The notes under the pieces: generated by a model
Seen by the model: only the letters and a program-made list of their open reading frames with translations
Told to the model about the DNA's origin: nothing
Databases searched by the model: none
Part shown: piece after piece, positions 27,756 through 37,110 of the stretch
Layout of the letters: the number at the start of each line of letters is the position of its first letter
How positions within the stretch are numbered: the first letter of the stretch is position 1
Translations under genes and position numbers: made by a program
Virus record (IMG/VR): IMGVR_UViG_3300020420_000671
Source of the DNA: a virus
Taxonomy: Duplodnaviria; Caudoviricetes
DNA length: 64,000 nucleotides
Reading direction: 5' to 3' (one strand)

Positions 27756-28312
27756 TTATTTCTCTCTTTAATTTTTTGCTTAACATCCTCGTAAGAGTCC
27801 TTAGTAAAACGTAATGTATATAACACCCTTTTCATATCAGTTTGAACCGGAACACTATGTGGAATAGTTATGTTTAACAATGCTATGTCATAAAAATCTT
27901 CATTGTAGCCTTTGAATACAACCGGTGTGTGGCCGCCCTGTAGCACAAAATTAATCTTACAGGTAGTTCCAGGATCAGTATGTAGAAGCACCTCTGTGTT
28001 CTTCTCCTGTGTAAGAAAATTTGATTTGATATCATCAGTGTCGCACATTGTTTTAAATAATGCTAATATGCGTCTGCTTTCTGAAATATCAAACTCACTT
28101 GTTTTAGGTTCTCTTGATGCGTTCCAGGATGTCTGCTCTTCCCACCATTGTCCGTTATTCTCAATAAAAGACAAATCATCATTATGTATCTCATCGCTAG
28201 ATCTTGTTAAAAAATTTTGTTTGTTAACAGGTTTGTAATTAAACACCTTTGACTCTTGTAATAGTTTATTTTTATCAAAATCAATTTTAAATTTATATAA
28301 ACAGTTCTCCAT
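27752..28312 (-). CDS. Putative Fe(II)/2OG-type oxygenase (tandem paralog A)
   Basis: HTD...PHSV...KR; same N-terminus as the next gene. Confidence 0.6.
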   Translation of the reverse strand: MENCLYKFKIDFDKNKLLQESKVFNYKPVNKQNFLTRSSDEIHNDDLSFIENNGQWWEEQTSWNASREPKTSEFDISESRRILALFKTMCDTDDIKSNFLTQEKNTEVLLHTDPGTTCKINFVLQGGHTPVVFKGYNEDFYDIALLNITIPHSVPVQTDMKRVLYTLRFTKDSYEDVKQKIKERNK

Positions 28313-28315
28313 TTA

Positions 28316-28888
28316 CTATCTCCACATCGGATAATTATTTTGAATACATTGCTTTATCTCATCGAAAGTATGATGTGTAAAACGTAATTTGAATAATATT
28401 CTATTTTGATCTTTTTGTACTGGCACACTATGATTCACACTTACATTCAATAATGCTGTATCATAATATTCATCTGCGTATCCTTCAAAATTAATAGGAG
28501 TTTGCCCTCCTTCTAAAATAAAATTTATAGCACATAAGGTTCCTACGTCTGTATGTGTAGGTACTTCTGACCCTTGTGTCTGTGTTAAAAAGTTAGCTTT
28601 GATTTTATCTGTTTTACATATTTCTTTCATTAACTTTGTTATACGTATACTCTCTGAAAGATCAACTTTTTCTGACATAGGTTCTCTTGAAGCCGCCCAT
28701 GATTCTTGTTCTGTCCACCATTTATCATCCTTTTCAATAAAAGAAATATCATCGTTAAATTCTATTCCTTCATTGTATATCCATGTTAAAGTCTCTTTGT
28801 TGATCGGTTTATAATTGAAAACCTTAGATTCTTCTATAAGTTTTTCCTTGTCATGATCCATTTTAAATTTATAAAGGCAATTCTCCAT
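28316..28888 (-). CDS. Putative Fe(II)/2OG-type oxygenase (tandem paralog B)
   Basis: HTD...NHSV...NR. Confidence 0.6.
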   Translation of the reverse strand: MENCLYKFKMDHDKEKLIEESKVFNYKPINKETLTWIYNEGIEFNDDISFIEKDDKWWTEQESWAASREPMSEKVDLSESIRITKLMKEICKTDKIKANFLTQTQGSEVPTHTDVGTLCAINFILEGGQTPINFEGYADEYYDTALLNVSVNHSVPVQKDQNRILFKLRFTHHTFDEIKQCIQNNYPMWR

Positions 28889-29599
28889 TTATTTTTTCCT
28901 ACCTAGGTAATACATTCTATTTGCCATATCTAAAGCTACTATATCCCCTGTAGCAAACCAATCATCATATATACAAGTATCTCCTTTTACATAAAGTTCA
29001 TGATCAATTATTTTCCAGTCACAATAAAATTTATTTCCTAAAATTGTATAACCTTCAAAACATCTTTCCTTTACGTATTTTACATATTCTAAATTATCAA
29101 ATTCTATATTAATAGTGATAGGCCCTATTTCACTCATTCCCCAATTTGGTTGTACTATTGCTCCTCTTTCTACAAACGACTCTATCATTTCCCAAGACAC
29201 AGGATCACTTCCACCTAATATTCTTTTTCCAGATAGATCACAATCCTTAAATCCTTTTGTATTCATCAATGCTTTCATTTGAGCAGGTGCTAAGAAAGTA
29301 TGTGTGTAATGTTCTAAATTTTTTAAGAAAGTAAAAGGATTAAATTTATTTAATACTGTTACTTCTGCGTTTACACTAAAAGCTGGTAAACTTTGTGCTA
29401 ATAAACCACCAGCATGACTCATCCTAGTCACAGTTAATATTTTACTGGTTACTGATATTTTCTGAGCTTCTACAGCTACCTTATTTGCCGCTTTGAGATT
29501 TTCTGGTGTTCTAAAAATTTCTTTGGCAGGACCTGTTGTGCCACTACTAGAAATGGTTACACCCTCTTCCAAAATTTTTCCAAAATCAATCATTTTCAT
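28889..29599 (-). CDS. Truncated ANL-superfamily adenylating (AMP-binding) enzyme
   Basis: SSGTTGPAK, WGMSE, TGD, ends at YYLGRKK. Confidence 0.8.
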   Translation of the reverse strand: MKMIDFGKILEEGVTISSSGTTGPAKEIFRTPENLKAANKVAVEAQKISVTSKILTVTRMSHAGGLLAQSLPAFSVNAEVTVLNKFNPFTFLKNLEHYTHTFLAPAQMKALMNTKGFKDCDLSGKRILGGSDPVSWEMIESFVERGAIVQPNWGMSEIGPITINIEFDNLEYVKYVKERCFEGYTILGNKFYCDWKIIDHELYVKGDTCIYDDWFATGDIVALDMANRMYYLGRKK

Positions 29600-30632
29600 A
29601 TCTTTCCAAACTATTATTGATTTGATTATTCACTTTAATAAACGTGCAAAGCTCATATAAGCGGTTTATGTGTTCTGCGCCTACATACGTACATGTACTC
29701 CTTAAACCCCCTTGTAACTGCTTTAAAATGCGTTTAATAGGCCCTTTACAGGGTATTAACAAGTCTCTACCTTCGTTAGGTTTGTAGTCCATTTCGTCTG
29801 GATTTGTTTTATTGTACATTTTGGTACTGCCCAATCCATATAAATTCACATAGTGTTTTCCATCTATTTCTACCTGGTTATCACACTCATCACTACCACT
29901 TACCATACCTGCTATCATAACAATTTTGGCTCCTGCTCCTATTGCTTTCGCAACATCACCCGGAGTTACACAACCTCCATCAGATATAATATCCAATCCA
30001 AATTTTGTTGCTTCAGGATAACAATCCATGATAGCACTCAATTGTGGTACACCGACTCCGACTTCTGATCTTGTTTTACAAGCCGCTCCACTGCCTACAC
30101 CTACCTTTATTAAATTTGCTCCTGCCATTGCTAATTTTTTAATTACTGATGGAGTTGCTATGTTTCCGGCACAAATTTTTATGTGAGGAAATTCTTTTCT
30201 AAATTGTTTAATTGTTTCTACCATTCCTTCAACATTAGCATACACATTAGCAATATCAATATTAATAATTCCTACGTCCGGAAAATGAGATATTATTTTA
30301 ATTGTTTTTTCTCTATCCTTAGGACGCACACCGCTTGTTATAGCAATGTATCTTCTATCTTCTATTTCTTGTAAATGCTTCAGATGATCTTCTAACTTAT
30401 ATTCTTTATGTATGAAAGTAAAAAATCGCAATGGTGTAAGAATTTTTGCTATGTTATATGTGCCAGTGCTTGTCATATTAGCAACTGCGATAGGATGGAC
30501 TGTAGTATCTAACCAGTCAATCTCTATGTTTATATCTTTACGTGTGAGTGATTTAGATGCCTCACGAGGTTCTATTAATACATCTTTAAAGTCTAATTTT
30601 GTATCTTGTTTTACTTTAATATTCATTTTCAT
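29586..30632 (-). CDS. guaC: GMP reductase (IMPDH/GMPR family)
   Basis: LDFKDVLI, KVGVGSGAACKTR, ISDGG, GGLRSTCTYVG; no CBS domains. Confidence 0.8.
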   Translation of the reverse strand: MKMNIKVKQDTKLDFKDVLIEPREASKSLTRKDINIEIDWLDTTVHPIAVANMTSTGTYNIAKILTPLRFFTFIHKEYKLEDHLKHLQEIEDRRYIAITSGVRPKDREKTIKIISHFPDVGIINIDIANVYANVEGMVETIKQFRKEFPHIKICAGNIATPSVIKKLAMAGANLIKVGVGSGAACKTRSEVGVGVPQLSAIMDCYPEATKFGLDIISDGGCVTPGDVAKAIGAGAKIVMIAGMVSGSDECDNQVEIDGKHYVNLYGLGSTKMYNKTNPDEMDYKPNEGRDLLIPCKGPIKRILKQLQGGLRSTCTYVGAEHINRLYELCTFIKVNNQINNSLERYEND

Positions 30633-31548
30633 TCATTTTTACATGTTCATAAAAAGGAGCTAACTTCCAATCTTTTGTAATTCTTCCTCTACGTGTGCTT
30701 CCAGGATCAGGAATACCTACTTCATTATCTGTATCCCAATCTGTTATTTTTACCCATTGCCCTTTGTATCTTTCTTTGTTACTAGGATCTAATGGAAATT
30801 CTATTGTGCCGGGTTCAACTACATTACTATATCTATGAGGCTTACCATAATGACTCCAAATATAATCTTCTGTAAAATTTAATTGATCAGCACAAAGTTT
30901 TACCATGTCCTTCATTTTTAAATTCTCATCAGCTTCTTTTTGATATCTTCCAAGTTGTCCTACATTTTTAAAACGTAAAGTTATATCAGGAACCTTTTCT
31001 CTAGTAATTAAATCGAGAGCGGCCGCTGGTGCTTCTTCATTTATACCTTTAACTAAAATTATTCCTGCGTTCATGTTAAATTTATCTTTACAATTTTTAA
31101 ATGCTTTTATTTTTTTTGTGGCACATCTCATTTCATCTATTTGCTCGTACCAGTCATCATTATCTATTCCATTAAGACTCATGTAAACATGTTTCAATCC
31201 AGTGGCTTCTATTTTATCTACAAAAGATTGGCTAGCCATTCTCAATCCATTTGTAATCAAAATACAATTATGTCCATACTTAAATCCAATGTTTATAAAA
31301 TCTACAAGCTGTGGATGTAGTGTTGGTTCTGCTCCAACGATACGTAGCATAATTGGTTTAGGAAGTTTAGAAACAAATTTTTCATATGGCTCTACTTCCA
31401 TATCAGGTATGAATCTATTTGGAACATAACAGTTTTTACATTCCATATTACAGCGATGAGTTATGTCAGTAACAACATCAAAAAAAGAATTATTTTCAGG
31501 CTCAACTTCATAATAATTCATATTGTTAAGATCTATTTGTTTTGTCAT
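30616..31548 (-). CDS. Radical SAM enzyme (MoaA-like N-terminus)
   Basis: CNMECKNC, GAEPTLHP, ITNG. Confidence 0.85.
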   Translation of the reverse strand: MTKQIDLNNMNYYEVEPENNSFFDVVTDITHRCNMECKNCYVPNRFIPDMEVEPYEKFVSKLPKPIMLRIVGAEPTLHPQLVDFINIGFKYGHNCILITNGLRMASQSFVDKIEATGLKHVYMSLNGIDNDDWYEQIDEMRCATKKIKAFKNCKDKFNMNAGIILVKGINEEAPAAALDLITREKVPDITLRFKNVGQLGRYQKEADENLKMKDMVKLCADQLNFTEDYIWSHYGKPHRYSNVVEPGTIEFPLDPSNKERYKGQWVKITDWDTDNEVGIPDPGSTRRGRITKDWKLAPFYEHVKMNENEY

Positions 31549-31568
31549 ATAGGTGCTCTTTTACAAAG

Positions 31569-31587
31569 TATTTATAGGATATAAATA
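31569..31587. promoter_or_regulatory. Back-to-back T4-late-like promoters
   Basis: TATAAATA on the minus strand (31569-31576) and plus strand (31580-31587) between divergent genes. Confidence 0.65.
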
Positions 31588-31592
31588 TACGT

Positions 31593-32288
31593 ATGTATGA
31601 TGTGAACAAATGGAAAGAATTATATACGCCACATACTGATTATGAAAAAAGTCAGCATAGTGTGATAAGTTTACCTGAAAAGTATAACGTAAATTTACAA
31701 GAAATAGATAAAGGAATAGAATCAGTCCTGAATAATTTTGAGATGGTTGCTTATACTGTAGATACTCCTGTAGGAAAAGTCCAAGTTCCGGGATATTATG
31801 GACTTTGTTTTAAAACAAAATCAAAAACTGTTGATCCTTTAGGTGAAGGCTTGACTAGTAATATACATTCCCATTCAAACATGGACAGTCCTGTAGACAT
31901 AGAATATACAGAAAAAAGTCCTGCTTGGTTTCCATATTTAGATGAAATTGTTGATAAATTTCAAGGACAAGTGACACAGATAAGACTAATAAAATTAGAA
32001 GCAGGACATGATTTATTAAGTAGAGAAAAAACGTCTCATATTGACTATCCGTGGTATAGAGGTATAAGGATTCATATTTGTTTGACTCCTGATGTTGATT
32101 ATGTATGGAGGGTCTTAGATAAAGATTATCATTTCCAAAGATCTAACAAAATGAATTATTTAGATACCGGCAAACCACACGGTGCTGTAAATAATCATAA
32201 TGATAAAGATAGATATGTTTTAAATATAAATCTAGTGCCTAAATTAAATAATCACATTGATTATCAAATTTTAAATCAAATTATTTAA
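31593..32288 (+). CDS. Aspartyl/asparaginyl beta-hydroxylase-like 2OG oxygenase
   Basis: RLIKLEAG, HID, RIHI, LDTGKPHGAVN, DRY. Confidence 0.7.
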   Translation: MYDVNKWKELYTPHTDYEKSQHSVISLPEKYNVNLQEIDKGIESVLNNFEMVAYTVDTPVGKVQVPGYYGLCFKTKSKTVDPLGEGLTSNIHSHSNMDSPVDIEYTEKSPAWFPYLDEIVDKFQGQVTQIRLIKLEAGHDLLSREKTSHIDYPWYRGIRIHICLTPDVDYVWRVLDKDYHFQRSNKMNYLDTGKPHGAVNNHNDKDRYVLNINLVPKLNNHIDYQILNQII

Positions 32289-33789
32289 AAATAGATAGTT
32301 TTTTTTGTTTGTAATCTTCTATTCTTTTATTATTAACAGCACTATACTTTCTTTGTATATACATTTCGTCTAAAGTTAATTCTAATAATTCATCACTATT
32401 TGGAAACTTTCCTATATATTCTGTCATATCAAAGTTAGAGAGTTTTTGTTTAAAGAAATAATCCTTGTGATACATTTCTCCAAACTCTGTAGCCTCTTTG
32501 AAGTTGGTTATATCACTTTCCCAAATCAATGCTCGATTATCAAGTTTATTATTAAGTCTTCCCATAGAATCTGCTTTAAACGGAACGTTGTATCCTTTTT
32601 TAAGTGACCAGTCAATCAACTCTTTATTTTTAGTTGGAAGGTAACCAAATTTTTTCGCATCAACGCTGAAGTCACTGTGTGTCTTTGTATCAGGATCATC
32701 ACTAATATGTAATCCCCAGTAGAAAAAACTTTCCCAATTTTTATTTAACCAGTCCAAACTATTATACCAAGACTCAACAGGTTCATAAGGTAGTCCTGCT
32801 ATCATTCCCACAGTACCTCTATATAAACCTAATCTAGCATTGAACTCATCTCTTATCCACAGTAAGCCTTTTTTTATTTTATCTGGGTGCATTCCTTTGC
32901 CTATTGCCTTTGCGGCTTCAGGATGAAATGTTTCTATCCCATAAAAATGTCCCCAAACTCTTGCTCTAACTAACAATGCAATTTGTTGTGGTCTTGAAAT
33001 TACTAAATCTAACCTTATAAAACAGGTAAAATTTGGTTCGAATGGAAGACGCTCAACAGCCAAAGCTAGTTTTTCTATTTTGCTATCTCTATCGTTAAAA
33101 GTATCGTCACTGATAATATAGTTAGTTGTACCCCATCTTTCATAATTACGCATCATCTCGTTATACATATCATCTTCGGTTCTGCCATAATCTTCCTTTA
33201 CTCCTAAAAAGGCATAGTTACAATACTTACATTTGAATCTACATCCTCTACTTGTTTCTAAAGTAAGTGCTTCATGATTTTGTATGTAATCATGTTCGTG
33301 GTAATTACAATCAAATTTATCTATATCTAGTCCCGCATACATGTGATTTGCATCTACAAGGAAACTGTTAGGTGCCCATTCAGGATATTTTCCTATTGGT
33401 TGTTCTCCGCCTTCGAACATCCAACTTAAAATAGGCATTAATGATTTTTCACTATAACCAAATACCATACAGTCTGCTCCGTAATCCATTTGATAAGGCT
33501 TGGGTCCTCCCATTAAAACTTTAGCTTTAGGATATTCTTTTTTTAAAAAATTAATTTTGTTGAATACCATTGTATCATCCATCCACAAGTTTCCGAAGGC
33601 GAATAGATCGACATCATAAGGTAACGAATCTACAAACTGTTTTACCTCTTTATCTGACCATTTAGATAGCCAATCTATTACTTCAACTGTCCATCCTTGC
33701 GGACGCATCATATCAGCAATTTTATAGGCTCCCATAGTACGTCTGGTAATATCCATTCCGCTGTCGTTAAAGATTACTGCGTATTTCAT
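32281..33789 (-). CDS. Cobalamin-dependent-type radical SAM enzyme
   Basis: N-terminal B12-binding-like region (VLMGGP), ETSRGCRFKCKYC, DDTF, GIETF; start set to MKYAV at 33789. Confidence 0.8.
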   Translation of the reverse strand: MKYAVIFNDSGMDITRRTMGAYKIADMMRPQGWTVEVIDWLSKWSDKEVKQFVDSLPYDVDLFAFGNLWMDDTMVFNKINFLKKEYPKAKVLMGGPKPYQMDYGADCMVFGYSEKSLMPILSWMFEGGEQPIGKYPEWAPNSFLVDANHMYAGLDIDKFDCNYHEHDYIQNHEALTLETSRGCRFKCKYCNYAFLGVKEDYGRTEDDMYNEMMRNYERWGTTNYIISDDTFNDRDSKIEKLALAVERLPFEPNFTCFIRLDLVISRPQQIALLVRARVWGHFYGIETFHPEAAKAIGKGMHPDKIKKGLLWIRDEFNARLGLYRGTVGMIAGLPYEPVESWYNSLDWLNKNWESFFYWGLHISDDPDTKTHSDFSVDAKKFGYLPTKNKELIDWSLKKGYNVPFKADSMGRLNNKLDNRALIWESDITNFKEATEFGEMYHKDYFFKQKLSNFDMTEYIGKFPNSDELLELTLDEMYIQRKYSAVNNKRIEDYKQKKLSIFK

Positions 33790-34409
33790 TTTGTTTTTGC
33801 TACCATGTTCCAACAAGGGTACGCCCAATAATCACTGAACGATGGTAATGTTTCCTTTTCCAATAATACTATATCAAAATTTTTAAAAGTATCTACTAAA
33901 TCTTCTTCTTCTAATTGAGGGGGTGTATAGTCATCACTACCTATTTTATTTTCTGCCCTTCCTGATTGGTTACAATATACACCATCTTTACTTAACATTT
34001 TGTAAATATTATCCGTATATTGTTTTCTAAATTCATATGGTACAAAGTGGTATAAACCAAAATCTATTATCACGTCATACTTTGTATCCGTGTTCATTTC
34101 AAATACATCAATACACGTAAACACACAATCACTTTGTTTTTTGTTAGCAATATCTATAGCAGTACTTGAGATATCTATACCATGTACTTCATAACCTTTT
34201 TTACTTAATGGTATGCTGTTGCGTCCTTCACCACAACCTATGTCTAAAATTTTGCCTTGTATAGGAAAATAGGTCGTAAATTTTTCTAATATATTAGCAG
34301 GTGCTTTCCCCCAAGCAGGATTTCCTTCATCATAAATCTTATCCCAAAAATTAGGTAGCTTTATCTCATAATCACTGAGATGTTTGTTAATAGGATATTG
34401 AATTGGCAT
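33786..34409 (-). CDS. Class I SAM-dependent methyltransferase
   Basis: ILDIGCGEGRN, GIDIS, YDVIID. Confidence 0.9.
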   Translation of the reverse strand: MPIQYPINKHLSDYEIKLPNFWDKIYDEGNPAWGKAPANILEKFTTYFPIQGKILDIGCGEGRNSIPLSKKGYEVHGIDISSTAIDIANKKQSDCVFTCIDVFEMNTDTKYDVIIDFGLYHFVPYEFRKQYTDNIYKMLSKDGVYCNQSGRAENKIGSDDYTPPQLEEEDLVDTFKNFDIVLLEKETLPSFSDYWAYPCWNMVAKTK

Positions 34410-34978
34410 CAGACAAGATCCGCACGTGCCTCTTCATATGGAGCATCGTACGCCCAACTAAAAATTATCCTTACGGAATCAGTACTATTAGTAACCTGAT
34501 GTGGTGCTTTGGTGTTAATTAAAGTTGGCATGACTGTAGCATGTTCTACAGCAAGTTCTGCGTTTTCTATATATGTAAGCCATTCGTTAGATTCCCATAC
34601 ACCTTTTCTATCTCCGAATTGGTCATAAATTTTTTCTGCTACCTCTCCGCCTTTGAAAAACTTTGTAGTCTTGGTGTCATCACAGTTAGTCACAGGTATG
34701 CTTATAGCAGAACTCCTATGTTCATCAATGTGTACTGGCCAAGAGCCTTTACTACATTTCATTAACTTTATGTAACTCTTTAATTTAGGATATTTTGCTC
34801 TTATGCTTTTTAAGTAGTCATCTGCTTCTACATCAACAACCTTTAAATCAGTGTATAAAGCCAATGCTTCTACATCAGATAAGCTCATCCATTCGTCTGT
34901 AAGCATGTTATCAGCAATACCTTTCATGTAATCCATGTCAATGAATCCAGGTAGCTCTGTTAAATATGGTTCCTTCAT
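34409..34978 (-). CDS. Putative Fe(II)/2OG-type oxygenase
   Basis: PVHIDE...PHQV...VR. Confidence 0.6.
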   Translation of the reverse strand: MKEPYLTELPGFIDMDYMKGIADNMLTDEWMSLSDVEALALYTDLKVVDVEADDYLKSIRAKYPKLKSYIKLMKCSKGSWPVHIDEHRSSAISIPVTNCDDTKTTKFFKGGEVAEKIYDQFGDRKGVWESNEWLTYIENAELAVEHATVMPTLINTKAPHQVTNSTDSVRIIFSWAYDAPYEEARADLV

Positions 34979-35496
34979 AATGTTATACCTTTCAATTTAT
35001 CTTCAAATATTTGGCAAACATCTTCGTATGCTTCTTCAAAGCACAACTGGAACACTATTCTCGTGTCGTTGTTTTCAGTGAAGTAAACATTATGATAATG
35101 TCCACCAGTATTTAATATTGCTCCGTATCCTTCATAATTGATACTGGCTACTTTATTTAGTGACTCATCATAGAACCAAGTTTCACCACAATTTTCTGTT
35201 AAAGGAAAACTTACCACAGTCTGTCGTGGTATATATGTTCCTTCAAACTCATTGTAACGATTTTTATCCTTATGAATTTTACTTCCTGATTCGTTGACTC
35301 TTAGGAGCTGGCAAACACAGTTTAAACCTGTGTTGTTAAATTTTTGTATTGTGCTGGGTAATTTAAAAAAACTTATTTTATAACTTATATCTACGAAAGC
35401 ATTTGGCTTTAATGCTATTTCCAAAAGTTCTTTCTTTGTATTTTCACCTAAAATATTAGGTACAACTCTGTAATAGGGATCATAACTCTGTAGCAT
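34975..35496 (-). CDS. Putative Fe(II)/2OG-type oxygenase
   Basis: IHKD...YHNV...TR. Confidence 0.6.
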   Translation of the reverse strand: MLQSYDPYYRVVPNILGENTKKELLEIALKPNAFVDISYKISFFKLPSTIQKFNNTGLNCVCQLLRVNESGSKIHKDKNRYNEFEGTYIPRQTVVSFPLTENCGETWFYDESLNKVASINYEGYGAILNTGGHYHNVYFTENNDTRIVFQLCFEEAYEDVCQIFEDKLKGITL

Positions 35497-36316
35497 ATTC
35501 TTCTTTTTTTTGTTCATACTTATCTATCAATAAATCAGTGATTGATCCTGTTTTAGTTGTTGCTGTGACTCCCCCGCTAGAACTTGTAATGAATACTTCA
35601 TCAGCAGATTCAAAAAGTTCAATAGAAATAGGTGTTCTATTGAATTCTAAATTACACTCTTTTGCTATGTCCTCAACTACAGTCATTGTTACTCCACGTA
35701 ATACATTGGCACTAGCTGTCATTATTCTTTTATCTTTTACTATTCCGACATTGAACCCAGGACCTTCGGTTACATTTCCTGAAGTATCAACAAGCACCGT
35801 GGTGTCAAAATCCTTAGGACGCTGTATTTGACTCATTGTTAATTCTATCCATGCCATATTTTTAAAAGTCTGTCCATAATAAGCATCATGAACTCTTTTA
35901 ACATGTTTGTCTAAATAAAGTTTAACCATCGGTGTAGATGCTATAGGATAACTAGGTTTCATATACATAGCAAAATTCACAGGACAGTTTTCAAGGTCTC
36001 TTGGATTACCGCTAGGAGGAAATCCTCTCCATAATATAAACCACACAAAAGCATCTTTGATTTCATTTTTGCTTTTAAGCGTTTTACAAATTTCTAAAAA
36101 ATTCACATCTGGTATTTTCAGTCCATATCTTTTAGCACTATTTCTAAATCTATTTTCATGACGATCAAAACAAAACGCATTTCCGTTGTATACTGGCATT
36201 ACATCGTAAGTAGCATCACAATGTATGAATCCAAAATCTAAAATACTTGGTCCTATGTCTTTCAACGGCATATATTCACCGTTTTTATATGCTGTCAGTT
36301 CTAATACATTACTCAT
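35480..36316 (-). CDS. Fold-type IV PLP aminotransferase
   Basis: GFIHCDATYDV, FKN (PLP Lys), EGPGFN, LRGVT, ADEVFITSS. Confidence 0.88.
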   Translation of the reverse strand: MSNVLELTAYKNGEYMPLKDIGPSILDFGFIHCDATYDVMPVYNGNAFCFDRHENRFRNSAKRYGLKIPDVNFLEICKTLKSKNEIKDAFVWFILWRGFPPSGNPRDLENCPVNFAMYMKPSYPIASTPMVKLYLDKHVKRVHDAYYGQTFKNMAWIELTMSQIQRPKDFDTTVLVDTSGNVTEGPGFNVGIVKDKRIMTASANVLRGVTMTVVEDIAKECNLEFNRTPISIELFESADEVFITSSSGGVTATTKTGSITDLLIDKYEQKKEEYATEL

Positions 36317-36566
36317 CAAATTTTACCTTCTTTAGTTGCGGATCGTCAGGCAATTTTTTCTTAAGTTCTTTTAATCTATTAATACGCCATTCTAATAATT
36401 TAAAATCAAGAACCCAAGGAAAAATTGCGTGGATAAGACTTCCTATTGTTACTCCAAGTAGAAAAAAGAATTCTGACATTGCTAATTTAAAATGCCACCA
36501 GTATCCAGCATCTTCTCTACCCGCCTTTGCTTTTGCTTCTTTTAAATGTTTAGGATTGTACCACAT
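36309..36566 (-). CDS. Small protein, DUF6356-like
   Basis: HL......YWWHF..A.......IHAIFPW. Confidence 0.55.
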   Translation of the reverse strand: MWYNPKHLKEAKAKAGREDAGYWWHFKLAMSEFFFLLGVTIGSLIHAIFPWVLDFKLLEWRINRLKELKKKLPDDPQLKKVKFDE

Positions 36567-37110
36567 AATTTCCTTTCAGCAAACTTCTACGCCTATTGTA
36601 TTCAGCAATATCTAGTTGCCAAACAGTTTGCTCACAGTTATATAATTCCATATCACAATGTTTTTCTAATATACCTTGCTTTGCTAAAAGACCCATTAAT
36701 CTATGATTGCGGGCCGCTTTACCGTTTGAATGTTCTCGGTAAATGTTTGTAGTAATATATAGCTTATCTGTAGGGCAGTAGTCTATAAAGCGGGGTATAA
36801 ATTCTCTTTGAGTAACGCTGTTCCAGTCACCTTTCCCTAATCCTTTAAAATTATTATTATGAGGCAATTCACAACCCCTAAATAATATTCTCCAAGCATC
36901 TTTGCTTACCTCTGGTAGAGGATGACAACCAGCCACTGCTATGATGTTTCCGTTTTCTACAGCACAAAAGTATTCACCCCATTCTTTTGTTTTTTCGAAT
37001 CTCATTTCTCTCAAACTGCTGTTGTTTACATAACCTAATTCTTTTGCTTTTTTACAAAAGTTTTCTAATTTAGGAATGAGATCATCCGTGATTATTTTAA
37101 CTTCAATCAT
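36550..37110 (-). CDS. GNAT-like acyltransferase
   Basis: YFCAVENGNIIAVAGCH..WRILFRG pattern. Confidence 0.45.
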   Translation of the reverse strand: MIEVKIITDDLIPKLENFCKKAKELGYVNNSSLREMRFEKTKEWGEYFCAVENGNIIAVAGCHPLPEVSKDAWRILFRGCELPHNNNFKGLGKGDWNSVTQREFIPRFIDYCPTDKLYITTNIYREHSNGKAARNHRLMGLLAKQGILEKHCDMELYNCEQTVWQLDIAEYNRRRSLLKGNYVVQS

